DNA from: Trichosphaerium sp. ATCC 40318
Lineage: Eukaryota > Protista > Tubulinea
Reading direction: 5' to 3'
NCBI GenBank assembly: GCA_038496445.1
Contig: JALMLS010000380.1
Location: forward strand, 1-32,283
DNA: 32,283 nucleotides
Shown here: positions 1 to 9,577 of the stretch, one piece after another
Numbering within the stretch: position 1 is the first letter of the stretch
Layout: each line of letters begins with the position of its first letter
Program-made: the position numbers and the translations under genes
The notes under the pieces: model-generated
What the model saw: the letters and a program-made list of their open reading frames with translations, nothing else
What the model was told of the DNA's origin: nothing
Database searches by the model: none

Positions 1-242
1 AAATTAATTTTAAGTTGCAGCGTTTACGTTGTTTGGTTGTTGATTTACTTTAATGTACCAATTTTTATCTTTTTGATTTTAGTATGTGATGTTTTTATTT
101 AATAAGTACCCTAAACGGAAAGTGTCGTGTATCCACTTGTAGTTTAGATTTTAACATAGAAGAACATATAATAGTTCCGTAAAAAAACAGAGCGGAAGAT
201 TTTCATATAAGAATATTTAGAGTTTACAATATAAATAAAAAA

Positions 243-458
243 ATGTTTGATATTTTATTAATTTTAGTTTTATTAAACTTATTTTAGGGGATTTAGCTAT
301 GTTGCAGTTATTGAGTCGTTTACATCATAGAAGCAGAAGGTAAGAAGGAAACTACACAATTGAGGGAATGTTTAGGCTATATCTTAATTATTAGAAAGTG
401 TAACTTCTGGTTGAGTATATTTTTAAAGTATTTAAAGAACTTTATGAAAAAAAATTAA
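243..458 (+). CDS. Small putative edited ORF with hydrophobic N-terminus (possibly atp4/atp8-like)
   Basis: ATG at 243 reads MFDILLILVFIKLILGDLA. About 2 single-base insertions extend it to TAA at 456-458. No diagnostic motif. Confidence 0.2.
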
Positions 459-635
459 AAATTGATTTTTAATTTTTTGCTTAATAGTGTAGAAAAAGGT
501 AAGAACTAGAAAAAGAAAAATTAATTTTAATTTTTCTACCAAGGTAACGTTTTTATTAAAAAAAATTTTAAATAGTATATTTAAGTTTTTTTTAATAAAT
601 TGCAAAATAATAATTTGTAAATATATTTTTGCGTT

Positions 636-2840
636 ATGGCTTTATAAAAAGATTTGTGTTATAAGCATGTATTTGTACATTATACAAAAAACGTTTGGAT
701 TGATTAGATATTGAAGAGAGTGAGCTCTTGAATGAGCTGGTTTTTATGCCGTTGATTCTTTTATAATAAGATAATGACATTGATAAGAGTTTATCTGATT
801 GATTACATATATATCCACGTGGGTATATAGATGGTTATTAGTACGACGAGGCTTAGTCCTATAGGTAGACGTAGAGAGGGTAGGGTTATTGAAGAATTAA
901 TTTTGGTTGGTAAAGCGTCGTTATGTAAATTTTAGGAGTCTTTTTATTTGGATTTAGTTACTTTTGTGGGAAAGTAATTGTTGGATCGCTCTAAGTTATT
1001 TAGGTGCCAAAAATAAGGATGATAATTATCGTAAAGTAGAAATAATTTTGTGCATTATATTTGGTTAATAGGTATGGGAACCAACGTTGAGATAAAAGAA
1101 AATAGTATATTATGAATATTGAGTAAATAAATTAATGCAGTGAAAAGACAGCCTCATATTTTAAGTTCGAATATACTTATGTTATGTTTTGTATGGTGTT
1201 CCTATATTAATAGATTATTAGGTGAATTTAGAAAAAGAAGCGAAAAATGAAACTTAAATATTTTTGAGTATAAAAAGTAGAGTAATAAAATAGTTGAGAA
1301 AGATTTATAAAAAATAGAAAGTATATTCTTGGGAATTAATTTTTATGTATGGTCCTGATGGTATAGAGATGTAAAAAAACAAAATATAGGAAGGGAAAGA
1401 AAGATTGGGAAAGCTATCTGCAGAAGAAAAAAAATTAGCTGAATATGATACAAAAATTTGAGTAATATGAAAGTGAAATTAAGAAGATTACGCTTTTATT
1501 TATTTAAGTTTTTTTTTTTATTATTCGTCTTTTGAAAATATTTTAAGTTGAGTGCATTATGTAAAGATATTTTTGTGAGAAATAATTAAAACATGTTGAT
1601 TTATGCGTAATATGAGATATATACTATAAGATATTGACTTAGTTATAGGATATAAGACTTTTATTTATGAGATTTTTTTTTAAAAGTATGGTGGAATATA
1701 TTTTGTAAAATTAGAAGATTTAAGAATCGTATATATTGTTGATAAAAAATATATTTCTTTACTTTTATTTTTTTTTAAAGTTATATTGACATATTATAAT
1801 ATTAAAGGGTATTATAAAGATATTTTTTTTTATATTACTAATACCTTCTTATATTATATATTTTTTAATTAGATCAAAAAAAAAAATAAAAGAAATAAAT
1901 AAAAAAAAAGTTAAAAAAGTAAAAGAAGTAAAACAAAAAATAAAAAAAATAAAAAAAGAAGTAAAACAAAAAATAAAAAAAATAACGAGAGTAATAAAAG
2001 AAAAAAAGAGTATATTAAAAAAAAAATATATTTTTTTTATTTATTTCTTTCGTTATTTTTGAAAAAAAAAGAGTATAATAAAAAAAATATATTTTTTTTA
2101 TTTATTTCTTTCGTTATTTCTGAAAAAAAAAGAGCAAAAATTAAAATACAGTTTAAATGTATTAAATATAAGCATCATGAGTAGCTTAAATTTATTAAAT
2201 AAGGTTAAAAAAAAGAAAAATATTATACCCTTTGATCATTATTTTAAAATAATGATCAAAGGGTATAATATTTTTCTTTTTTTTAACCTTATTTTTTTTT
2301 TTTTCTTTTTTTTAGAAAAAGAAAAAAAAAATGAGGTTTTTTTTAATAAGGTGTTTTATGTTTTCAGTGCTTTTATTCTTCTTAAATTTAAGAAGAATAA
2401 AAGCACTGAAAACATAAAACACCTTATTAAAAAAAAGGAAAAACTCATAAAAGAAAAAATAAAAAAGAAAAAAAAACATAGTTATGTATATATATTAAAT
2501 TTAAAAAAAGAAATAAAGCAAGCATAGAACGTAAAAAAAGTAAAAAAGAATTATATACTTGAGTTTGCGTATAGTACATTTTTATTGTGTGGATACTATT
2601 TTTAACTGTGTAAAAAGTCTTTATGGCGTCGAATCTTGATACAGATATCAAATTAAACAGGCTAATCTTTGAGAAGACCCCTGTTGTGTGTATAAATACA
2701 GTTTCTATGATGATATATATCAAATCTTATTTAAATACCAAAAACTTTAAGTTTTTTGCGTATAAATGTTTAAATTTATGTATAAATGTGTAGCTGCATT
2801 ATTAAAAACCTTGGTTATAGGTATGTTGCTAAATTAAAAG
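636..2840 (+). CDS. rps2: Ribosomal protein S2 cryptogene with ~1.4 kb Lys-rich internal expansion
   Basis: After frame repair: IHVG..W (~812-835), NNFVHYIWLIGMGTN (~1042-1086; S2 'YV..RWLGG.LTN'), and at ~2615-2745 LFMASNLDTDIKLKQANLLRRPLLCVINT (S2 'LFV.D....A..EA..L.IP...I.DT'). The 3' end is uncertain and may run on towards ~3740. Confidence 0.45.
1918..2135. repeat. Short tandem/direct duplications
   Basis: aaagaagtaaaacaaaaaataaaaaaaataa x2 (~1921-1985). A ~60-nt unit aaaaagagtata...tatttatttctttcgttattt x2 (~2003-2133). Confidence 0.8.
2198..2293. repeat. Perfect palindrome, 96 bp, no spacer
   Basis: aataaggttaaaa...gatcattatttt|aaaataatgatc...ttttaaccttatt, centre 2245/2246. Confidence 0.95.
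2337..2436. repeat. Perfect palindrome, 100 bp
   Basis: ...ttttcagtgcttttattcttcttaaa|tttaagaagaataaaagcactgaaaa..., centre 2386/2387. Confidence 0.95.
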
Positions 2841-3722
2841 TGTTTTTAATTTTATATTTATTTTAAAAGAATATTATTGTTAAGTATAAAAGGTGTAAGG
2901 CATTCAGTAATAGAAATAGGATATCAAAAAGAAAAGAAATATAGAGCATGGGAAAATAGCTGGTTGAACAGAAATAGAAATAAAAAATAGATTAAGGAAG
3001 CTTGGGAAAAGGAAGTTAAGGTTACCTATATTAAAAAAGCTGAGGAAATATCTATGAGGAGCTTTATAAAAAAGCAATGGATGAAGGATGATAAAGATTA
3101 TTTATAAATTATCGCAGCGCATGGTCATCCAGGAACTTTATGAAAATGACTCAAATAGATTATTGGGCAGATACAAAAAGAGAAAAGATAAGAAACAGAA
3201 AAAAAGAGAAAAAAGAAAAAAAGTGATAGTAAAAATATTGTCTTTTTTTTTTAAATCTATTAATTTTATATTTTTTAATTTTATAAAATTAATATTTTTA
3301 TGTTTAAATAGATTTGATTTGTATGATTATTTATTTTTTAATTTAGAAAAAAAAATGAAAAATAAAATAAAAAGATTTGAGCAAAGAAAAAAGAAAAAAG
3401 TAATATCTAAAGAAGAAAAAGAACAACTCGAATGAGAATTAGCTGTATCAGGTAAAATTGAAGAGTAAAAATGGATTATTTGATAATAAGGTAGAATTTT
3501 TTTCCTGAGTCCATACAAAATGCAACATTTTTATTTGAAGAAGAATTGAAAAAAAAATGAAATAATATTAAATTTAAAAAATTAAAATTAAATAAATTTT
3601 TCTGGGAAGAAGAATATCATTTAAAAAAAAAGAGAATAGAAAATTGGTGAGGTTGGGATTATTATTATTTCAACAAAGAGGAAATAATTTTAAAGGTTTA
3701 TTTAAAAAAGAAATAAGAAAAG

Positions 3723-3790
3723 AAAAAAAATAAATAAAAGAATAGAGGTATTAAACGTTTAATACCTCTATTCTTTTATTTATTTTTTTT
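3723..3790. repeat. Perfect palindrome, 68 bp
   Basis: aaagaatagaggtattaaac|gtttaatacctctattcttt. Confidence 0.95.
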
Positions 3791-3893
3791 AGTATAAGTA
3801 TTTTATATCAAGTAAAGTATCAAATTTTTGAAACTTTTTAATTAAATTATTTAAATTTTTTAATTACTTTAGTGTTAAGCTTATATAGTTTTA

Positions 3894-4043
3894 TATTAAG
3901 GAGAAAAGAAGATCCTTTTATAGAGGTCACTAAACTTACTTTTATCCATATATCGCTCACGTCTTGAATTCAAGACGTGAGCGATATATGGATAAAAGTA
4001 AGTTTAGTGACCTCTATAAAAGGATCTTCTTTTCTCCTTAATA
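3894..4043. repeat. Perfect palindrome, 150 bp
   Basis: ...atatcgctcacgtcttgaa|ttcaagacgtgagcgatat..., centre 3968/3969. Confidence 0.95.
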
Positions 4044-4049
4044 CAAAGA

Positions 4050-4664
4050 AATAAAGAAAATTTAATAAAAGCATTTGAGAAAGTGACAATTTGTTAAAAA
4101 ATTGAAAAAAGAAGGCAAGAAGAAGATTTAGATTTAGAAAATTATACGTTTCTAGAAAAATGAAGTATGAAATGATAAATAAAGTGGGTTTGTATTTTGG
4201 TGGATCATATGGACCTTCAGTCAGGTTTATGAAAATATCTATTATATAGGGAGAATGTGAAGGAGTTTGATCACAGAGATGATTGAATGAGGAAATAAAA
4301 AAATATATATCTTTAGTTTTTTGCAGGTAGGTCTTGCTTTTAAGGTAGTAAAAAAGAAAATCCGATGAGTGACTTGAACAGACTGTTGGCAACAGTTTAG
4401 GCCAAAGATAAATACTAAAAATTATAATATAGGAAACGTGGATTTCCAATTAATCAATTTATACAAGGTTATAATTGGGGGGACTTTTAGTGCATTGAGA
4501 AACTATGGGCGTAATAATTTTGAGGTATACATGATTATGTTTACATATACAAAATATGTTGGATTCTTTAGTGATGTAAACTTTAAAACAAAAATAGGGG
4601 AATCAAGAGAGCTGATGTATTTTCTATTCGTTTAAAGATCGTTTTAAAAGTTTGTATTTCTTAA
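4050..4664 (+). CDS. rpl16: Ribosomal protein L16 cryptogene
   Basis: KARRRFRFRKL...LYFGGSYG (L16 'K.K(F/Y)RK...L.FG.YGL'), KRGFP (~4434-4448; 'IRVFP'), GIHDYVYIYKICWIL ('G...(Y/W)V..VK.G.IL') after single-base repairs. Position upstream of rpl5-rps14-rps8 fits the ancestral order. Start not located. Confidence 0.55.
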
Positions 4665-4689
4665 TTTATTAAATTTGATAAAAGACAAG

Positions 4690-5365
4690 ATGTTTATTTT
4701 TTTTTAATAAAGTAAGAGTAGTTTTAATAGACAGGGTGATTTTTTGTACTGCAAAATATATATTTTATGAAGATATTGCATTTTTAAAAGAGATAATTTT
4801 CGAAGTAAAAGGATGAGTGATCTGGGGAATTTTACTTCGAACTAGACAAACAAAATCAAGGTACTCTTATGATATTCAAGAATTGCATAGAGATTTTTTT
4901 TTTAAGCGTCGGTTGATCTTTATAAGTTTTTTGCGTTTGCTTAGAGGAAGAAGTTCGTATTTGAATGAATGGGGTGATTTGGTAGGGAAGTTGCAAGACC
5001 TAAACTTTGGAATGTTTACATAGTGATTCTTCGAATCAAATTTTAGTATACATCCTTTACTTATGACTCGTTGATTTTGTCAAATAGTGTTACGATTTAG
5101 TATATAAACAGAATTAAGATTTAATATATTATCTTTTGGGAATGAATTTTACCTTATTTAGATAGTGTTATTTTGATAATTTTGAAGCGTTTAAATGTTG
5201 TATTTTTGTAGTAATGAAAATTTTTTGTTGGTGCATCGTTGAGTTTACCAGATTTTTGACGTTATGAGTCTTGTTTGATATATATAAAATTGGTCAAATA
5301 AGTGGTTATAAAAGTGTTTACATAGATAATTTTTGAGTATTAAGGGGAAACCTAATTGTTGAAGT
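4690..5365 (+). CDS. rpl5: Ribosomal protein L5 cryptogene
   Basis: Repaired C-terminal part NILSFGNEFLPYLDSCYFDNFEAFKCCIFCSNENFLLGASLSLP resembles L5 'N.SFG....FPE..YD.....G..I.I.......LL....P'. Synteny rpl16-rpl5-rps14-rps8. Confidence 0.45.
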
Positions 5366-5431
5366 ATCAAGTAAGTGTTAAAGTTTGTTTTTTTTTAATA
5401 TAAAAGAATATATAAAAAACGTAGTTAAGTA

Positions 5432-5692
5432 ATGTTTATGATAAATAATTTTTATCATTGTGAGATGTAGTGTTTGAGCAAATTTGTTTTAATATTTTTA
5501 TGGAAGAGGAGTAAAAAAAAGTATGTGCGGTTTAGAACTAAAGTCTACGAGGTTGTTATACAACAGTAGCATTATATATATAGGTATTGATGTACACAGT
5601 AGCCATTTAGTGAAATTTTTGGATTAAATATTTGTTTTTTCTGTAAGGTTTGTTTGTGAGAGGTATGTTATTGTTTTTAAACATGGAGGTAA
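5432..5692 (+). CDS. rps14: Ribosomal protein S14 cryptogene
   Basis: Size ~90 codons. YRYWC...IFGLNICFF...RGML....TW* resembles S14 'RNRC......FGLSR..FR.....G.L.G..K.SW'. Lies between rpl5 and rps8. Confidence 0.45.
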
Positions 5693-5846
5693 TCTAGTAC
5701 CCATTTAAAGTTTTTATTTTTTTTTTTAGTTTTTTTCTCGGACTTTTTTTTAAATTATTGTTATTTTTATTTTTAATTTTTTTATTTTTATATTTTTTTT
5801 ATTTATATATAAAGTTCTAAAAACTATAATAAAGTTAAGTTATAAT

Positions 5847-8250
5847 ATGAGTTTATAGATTATATTGCGATATTACTAAAAATAATACGTTAGGTGGTTT
5901 GTTGCAATGTTAGAAAAAAAAAGTGAAATTATGAAAAGTATTATTTTTTTAAGATAATTATTGTGTAAATAGTGGATTTAATGTTAAATAAGTTCTATAA
6001 TATTAAGTCGACTATGAGGTCAAGTTATTCATGTGTAATAATTTTAAATGGTTAGATATAAAATTCAAATTTGGAGGAATTTGAATTTTATATCTAACCA
6101 TTTAAAATAGGAAAAAATTATGATACTGTAAAAAGACGTCGAGATAGTCATTTTAAAGTACTTATGAAAGTAAATAAATCTAGAGTGAGAGGAAAATATT
6201 TTAAAAAACCATGGGCATTTGAACATGGTTTAGTAGGTAAGAGGTCGTGAGATGAAATAGAATCAAAATTAAAAATAGTATCTGATTATAAGTTAGATAG
6301 ATTTCATTTTGATAATAGGAAGTTGATTATTTACGGAATTAGATTTTTTAATAAAAGATTTGTATTTAATTTAGGAGTAAGAGATAATGAATCTTCTATA
6401 TTTGCTGGCAAATGATGGATCCTAATAAGGATGACGTTATTGTGAAATACCTAGGCAAATAGATCAAAAGTATGGGATCGTTATCAAATAAAGCATGTTG
6501 ATTTATTTGATAACGAACGAAAACCAATAATAGATAAAGAAGGAAACGTTAGTTATAGTCTTGGCTTAGATAAAATTGCAATAACTAGACCGACTATTTT
6601 TAAAGATGAAATAACAAATAAATCAGATGGAGTATCGAGTGGAGTAGATTTAGAGTTTATAAATCATCAAGAGGTTTTGAAGATGAATGGTAGATCCTTT
6701 TGATTTAAAAGTCTTTTTAGAAGATATATTTTTAGGAGGCATTAAAAAACAACGTGGCAAAGAATGAATAAAAAAATGATAGATAATTCAGAAGATCTTT
6801 ATATTATAATTCTATTATAGAGATTTAATAGTAAACTTACAGAACCTATACATAGTTTTTTTTATACTAAATTTATTTGTCGCGCTCGAAAAAATTTACG
6901 TAAACAAACTTGATATTTTAAATGTGAAACTAAAGAAGAGTTAGTAAAAAAATAAATTTTAGAAATATTTATTTTTTAAGGGAAGCTCAAAGGCTCTTTT
7001 TAATAAAATGATTTAATTTATAGAGGATTAATAAGTACACCAGAGCAAGGGCATACAGTATAGAATCTGATGAAATGGAATGTGATATTATCCTTATCCT
7101 ATGAAAACAAAAGAAAAACCAAACGATTTAATATTGCATAGATGATTTGATAATTTTGAGAAATGCTTTATGATGATTATGTTGAGATGAAAGTGAGGAA
7201 ATTGAGCATACTGATTTAAGGTTGAAAATGAAAGTAGATTAGTGTTTTGAAAATTTTATTTTTGAGGAGAATTTTAGAAGTAGCGGTTTTATTTTTAAAG
7301 ATATTGTAATGAAGATTTTTATTATTGTTCTGAATGTATAAATTTAGATTAAATAATATTAATGAAGGGTAAAAAATCGTGGATTTAAATTAAAAGCTTG
7401 CGAACTAACAGCTTCTTATTTAATATATTAAATAAGAAGCTGTTAGTTCGCAAGCTTTTAATTTAAATCCACGATTTTTTACCAATAATTGGGATTTAAA
7501 TTTATTGAGTTTATTTTTGATTATAAGGTACATTTTCTTTTTGGATATATTTCTAGATGATTTTTTTTTGAAGTTAACAATATAACCTTAATGTATTAGA
7601 GAGAAGAATAAAGAAATCAACTTGACGGAGCGATTTTATAATAGCGATCTAATAGACAATTTATAGATTTTGGTTTGAAGCATTATTGAGGTAGAAGTTT
7701 ACCACCGCGTCGACTAAAGTGTTTTGCCCACCAGTACAAGAAGGTTTATGGGTTTTTTGCTCGATGAGATGATATATGAGTGAAGAATCTAAACTTATTT
7801 TTTGAATAGTATATATAGAGATGAGCTTTATATGGTGAAAATAATAGGCTGAGATAAGACAAGAGAAAGTAAGTTGATTTGGTTTTGAGTGATTACATCG
7901 TTCAGAAGAAATGTTAGATAACCATTGAGGAGCCTCTTGAGATTTACATGATATTATTATAGATTTAGATCTTGGTTTTTTTAAAAGTGAAATCATATGT
8001 TGGTAGATTTACGAAGTATGAAGAGCATAATCGTTTATTTCTTTTGTTAAATCTTATGTAGATATAAAAAAAATTTTAGTAATGGTAGTTTTAAAGTAAT
8101 CGTATTTTCGCGATTAAAAAATTAAAAACGGAATATTTTTATTAAATACTATGTTTATCTCAAAGTAAGACATATATATAAAGTAAATATAAAGGTATTG
8201 TCAATACCGTATCACAGATAATGCTTTAATATTGCAGTTCATCGATGAAC
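5847..8250 (+). CDS. rps8: Ribosomal protein S8 cryptogene; N-terminus clear, probable C-terminus ~2 kb downstream
   Basis: Repaired N-terminus MSLIDYIAILLKIIRLG...KKSEIMKSIIFLRIIIVLNSGF (S8 'D.IADMLTRIRNA......S.....IL..L..EGF'). A weaker match FSR....RNIFIKY...IYKSKYKGIV at ~8105-8202 resembles 'ISKPG.RVY...I.STSKG'. Confidence 0.5.
6041..6109. repeat. Inverted repeat, ~31-bp arms with short spacer
   Basis: attttaaatggttagatataaaattcaaatt ... aatttgaattttatatctaaccatttaaaat. Confidence 0.9.
7368..7483. repeat. Perfect palindrome, 116 bp
   Basis: ...gcgaactaacagcttcttatttaata|tattaaataagaagctgttagttcgc... Confidence 0.95.
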
Positions 8251-8328
8251 TGCAATATTAAAGCATTATCTGTGATACGGTATTGACAATACCTTTATAT
8301 TTACTTTATATATATGTCTTACTTTGAG
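8159..8328. repeat. Perfect palindrome, 170 bp
   Basis: ...aatattgcagttcatc|gatgaactgcaatatt..., centre 8243/8244. Confidence 0.95.
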
Positions 8329-8405
8329 TAATTTTAAATTTTGAGCATTTATTTGTTTTTTTATTAATTTTTGTATGTTATTATTAAAAGTAATATTCTA
8401 TTTAT

Positions 8406-8539
8406 TTATATATTGATGAACATTAATTTTTTTAGTATTTTTGTCGGCTGGATTTATTTTTTAATCGGTTTTAAAACCGATTAAAAAATAAATCCAGCCG
8501 ACAAAAATACTAAAAAAATTAATGTTCATCAATATATAA
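8406..8539. repeat. Perfect palindrome, 134 bp
   Basis: ...gtcggctggatttattttttaatcggtttt|aaaaccgattaaaaaataaatccagccgac... Confidence 0.95.
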
Positions 8540-8686
8540 TTTAGTTTATTTAGTAGGGCGTAATAGTTTGTAAGCTATATTTATCTTTAATTTTAACTAA
8601 ATCTGAGTATAAGTTATTATAAGTTTATTTAAATTTGTAAAAAGTAAAAAAAAAGAAAAAAAAGACGCAAAAGAAGCAAAAGCAAG

Positions 8687-9308
8687 TTGAACTTGAACCT
8701 GAATAGTGTTACTTGTATCAAACTTTTTAAATGGTTTGACGGATTTAGAATTTTATTTAGTTTTATTTGCGTCTTTTTTTTCTTTTTTGCTCTTTTTTTT
8801 AATACTTCAAGAAATTTTTGTTTGAATAGAGAAAAAGTTAAAAAAAAGAGCAAAAATAAAAAAATATAAAAAAGAAATACAAAAATTAATAGTCAAAGAG
8901 AATATTATGGAGGAAAAGATAGCTAAAATAGAAGAGAAATTAACAGTAGAAAATCTTATTAAAAACTATGATTCAAAAGAGGAAAAACTATTTACGGAGG
9001 ATGCAGCTTGAAATAATTTTAAATCTTTTATGAAGCAAAGAAATTTACTGTTAGAAGAACGTATAAAAATAATTGAGTTGTGACTAAAAGAAGAAGATTC
9101 AAAAGAATTGAAAAGGCAATGTAAAATATATTTAGGTTATAGTTTAAAAACAAAAGAAAAACTAAAAATAAAAAGTAAAATAATGAGCGATATTGAAGAT
9201 ATACATTTTAGGGCACGTTTTAGTTTTCGAGGTTTAACTAAAGAAAAAGTTATAGAAATTATAGAATTAGAAGAAAAATTAAAAGAATCGTTATCTATTT
9301 ATTATTAA
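8687..9308 (+). CDS. Unknown protein, N-terminal hydrophobic segment plus E/K-rich coiled coil
   Basis: With TGA=Trp the frame is open from ~8847 to TAA 9306-9308. One extra A in the run at ~8839-8847 joins it to the 8687 ORF. The architecture is atp4-like but there is no diagnostic motif. Confidence 0.5.
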
Positions 9309-9406
9309 GTAATAGCATATTCATTCTTTATTGTTTTGTTTTTTATAATAGTTTTTTAGTATCAAAAAAGCATATGTAAGAGGGGAATTTTTGAAAAAAA
9401 TAGTAA

Positions 9407-9524
9407 AAAAAAAAGAGAATGTTATTTGTATTATAAATGAATATCTAAAAAGGATAGTTATTTGTTTATAATTTTTTATAGTTTCAAGGGAAGAAGCGAA
9501 ATTAAAAATAAATTAAGTTCTTTA
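9407..9524 (+). repeat. Conserved ~120-nt dispersed element, copy 1 (upstream of nad5)
   Basis: agagaatgttatttgtattataaatgaatatctaaaaaggatagttatttgtttataattttttatagtttcaagggaagaagcgaaatt. Near-identical copies at 25119 and 32187. Confidence 0.95.
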
Positions 9525-9577
9525 AATTTTATATTTTTTGTTTTTTATAATTAAAAGTAAAAAGAAAGAAAGAAATT

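Noticed and set aside
1-235. 3' end of an upstream cryptogene (rpl2-like?)
   Set aside because: It looks coding and frameshifted, but no motif could be matched convincingly.
4420-4600. rps19 assignment
   Set aside because: An L16 reading explains motifs across the whole 4100-4660 interval and fits synteny better.
8159-8328. Palindrome arms acting as cis guide RNAs for editing
   Set aside because: The arms are exact complements of the unedited DNA and carry no extra bases. The most densely edited genes have no long antisense copies in this window.
9407-9524. Hammerhead ribozyme or group II intron domain V in the triplicated element
   Set aside because: It lacks the CUGAnGA core and the domain V consensus.
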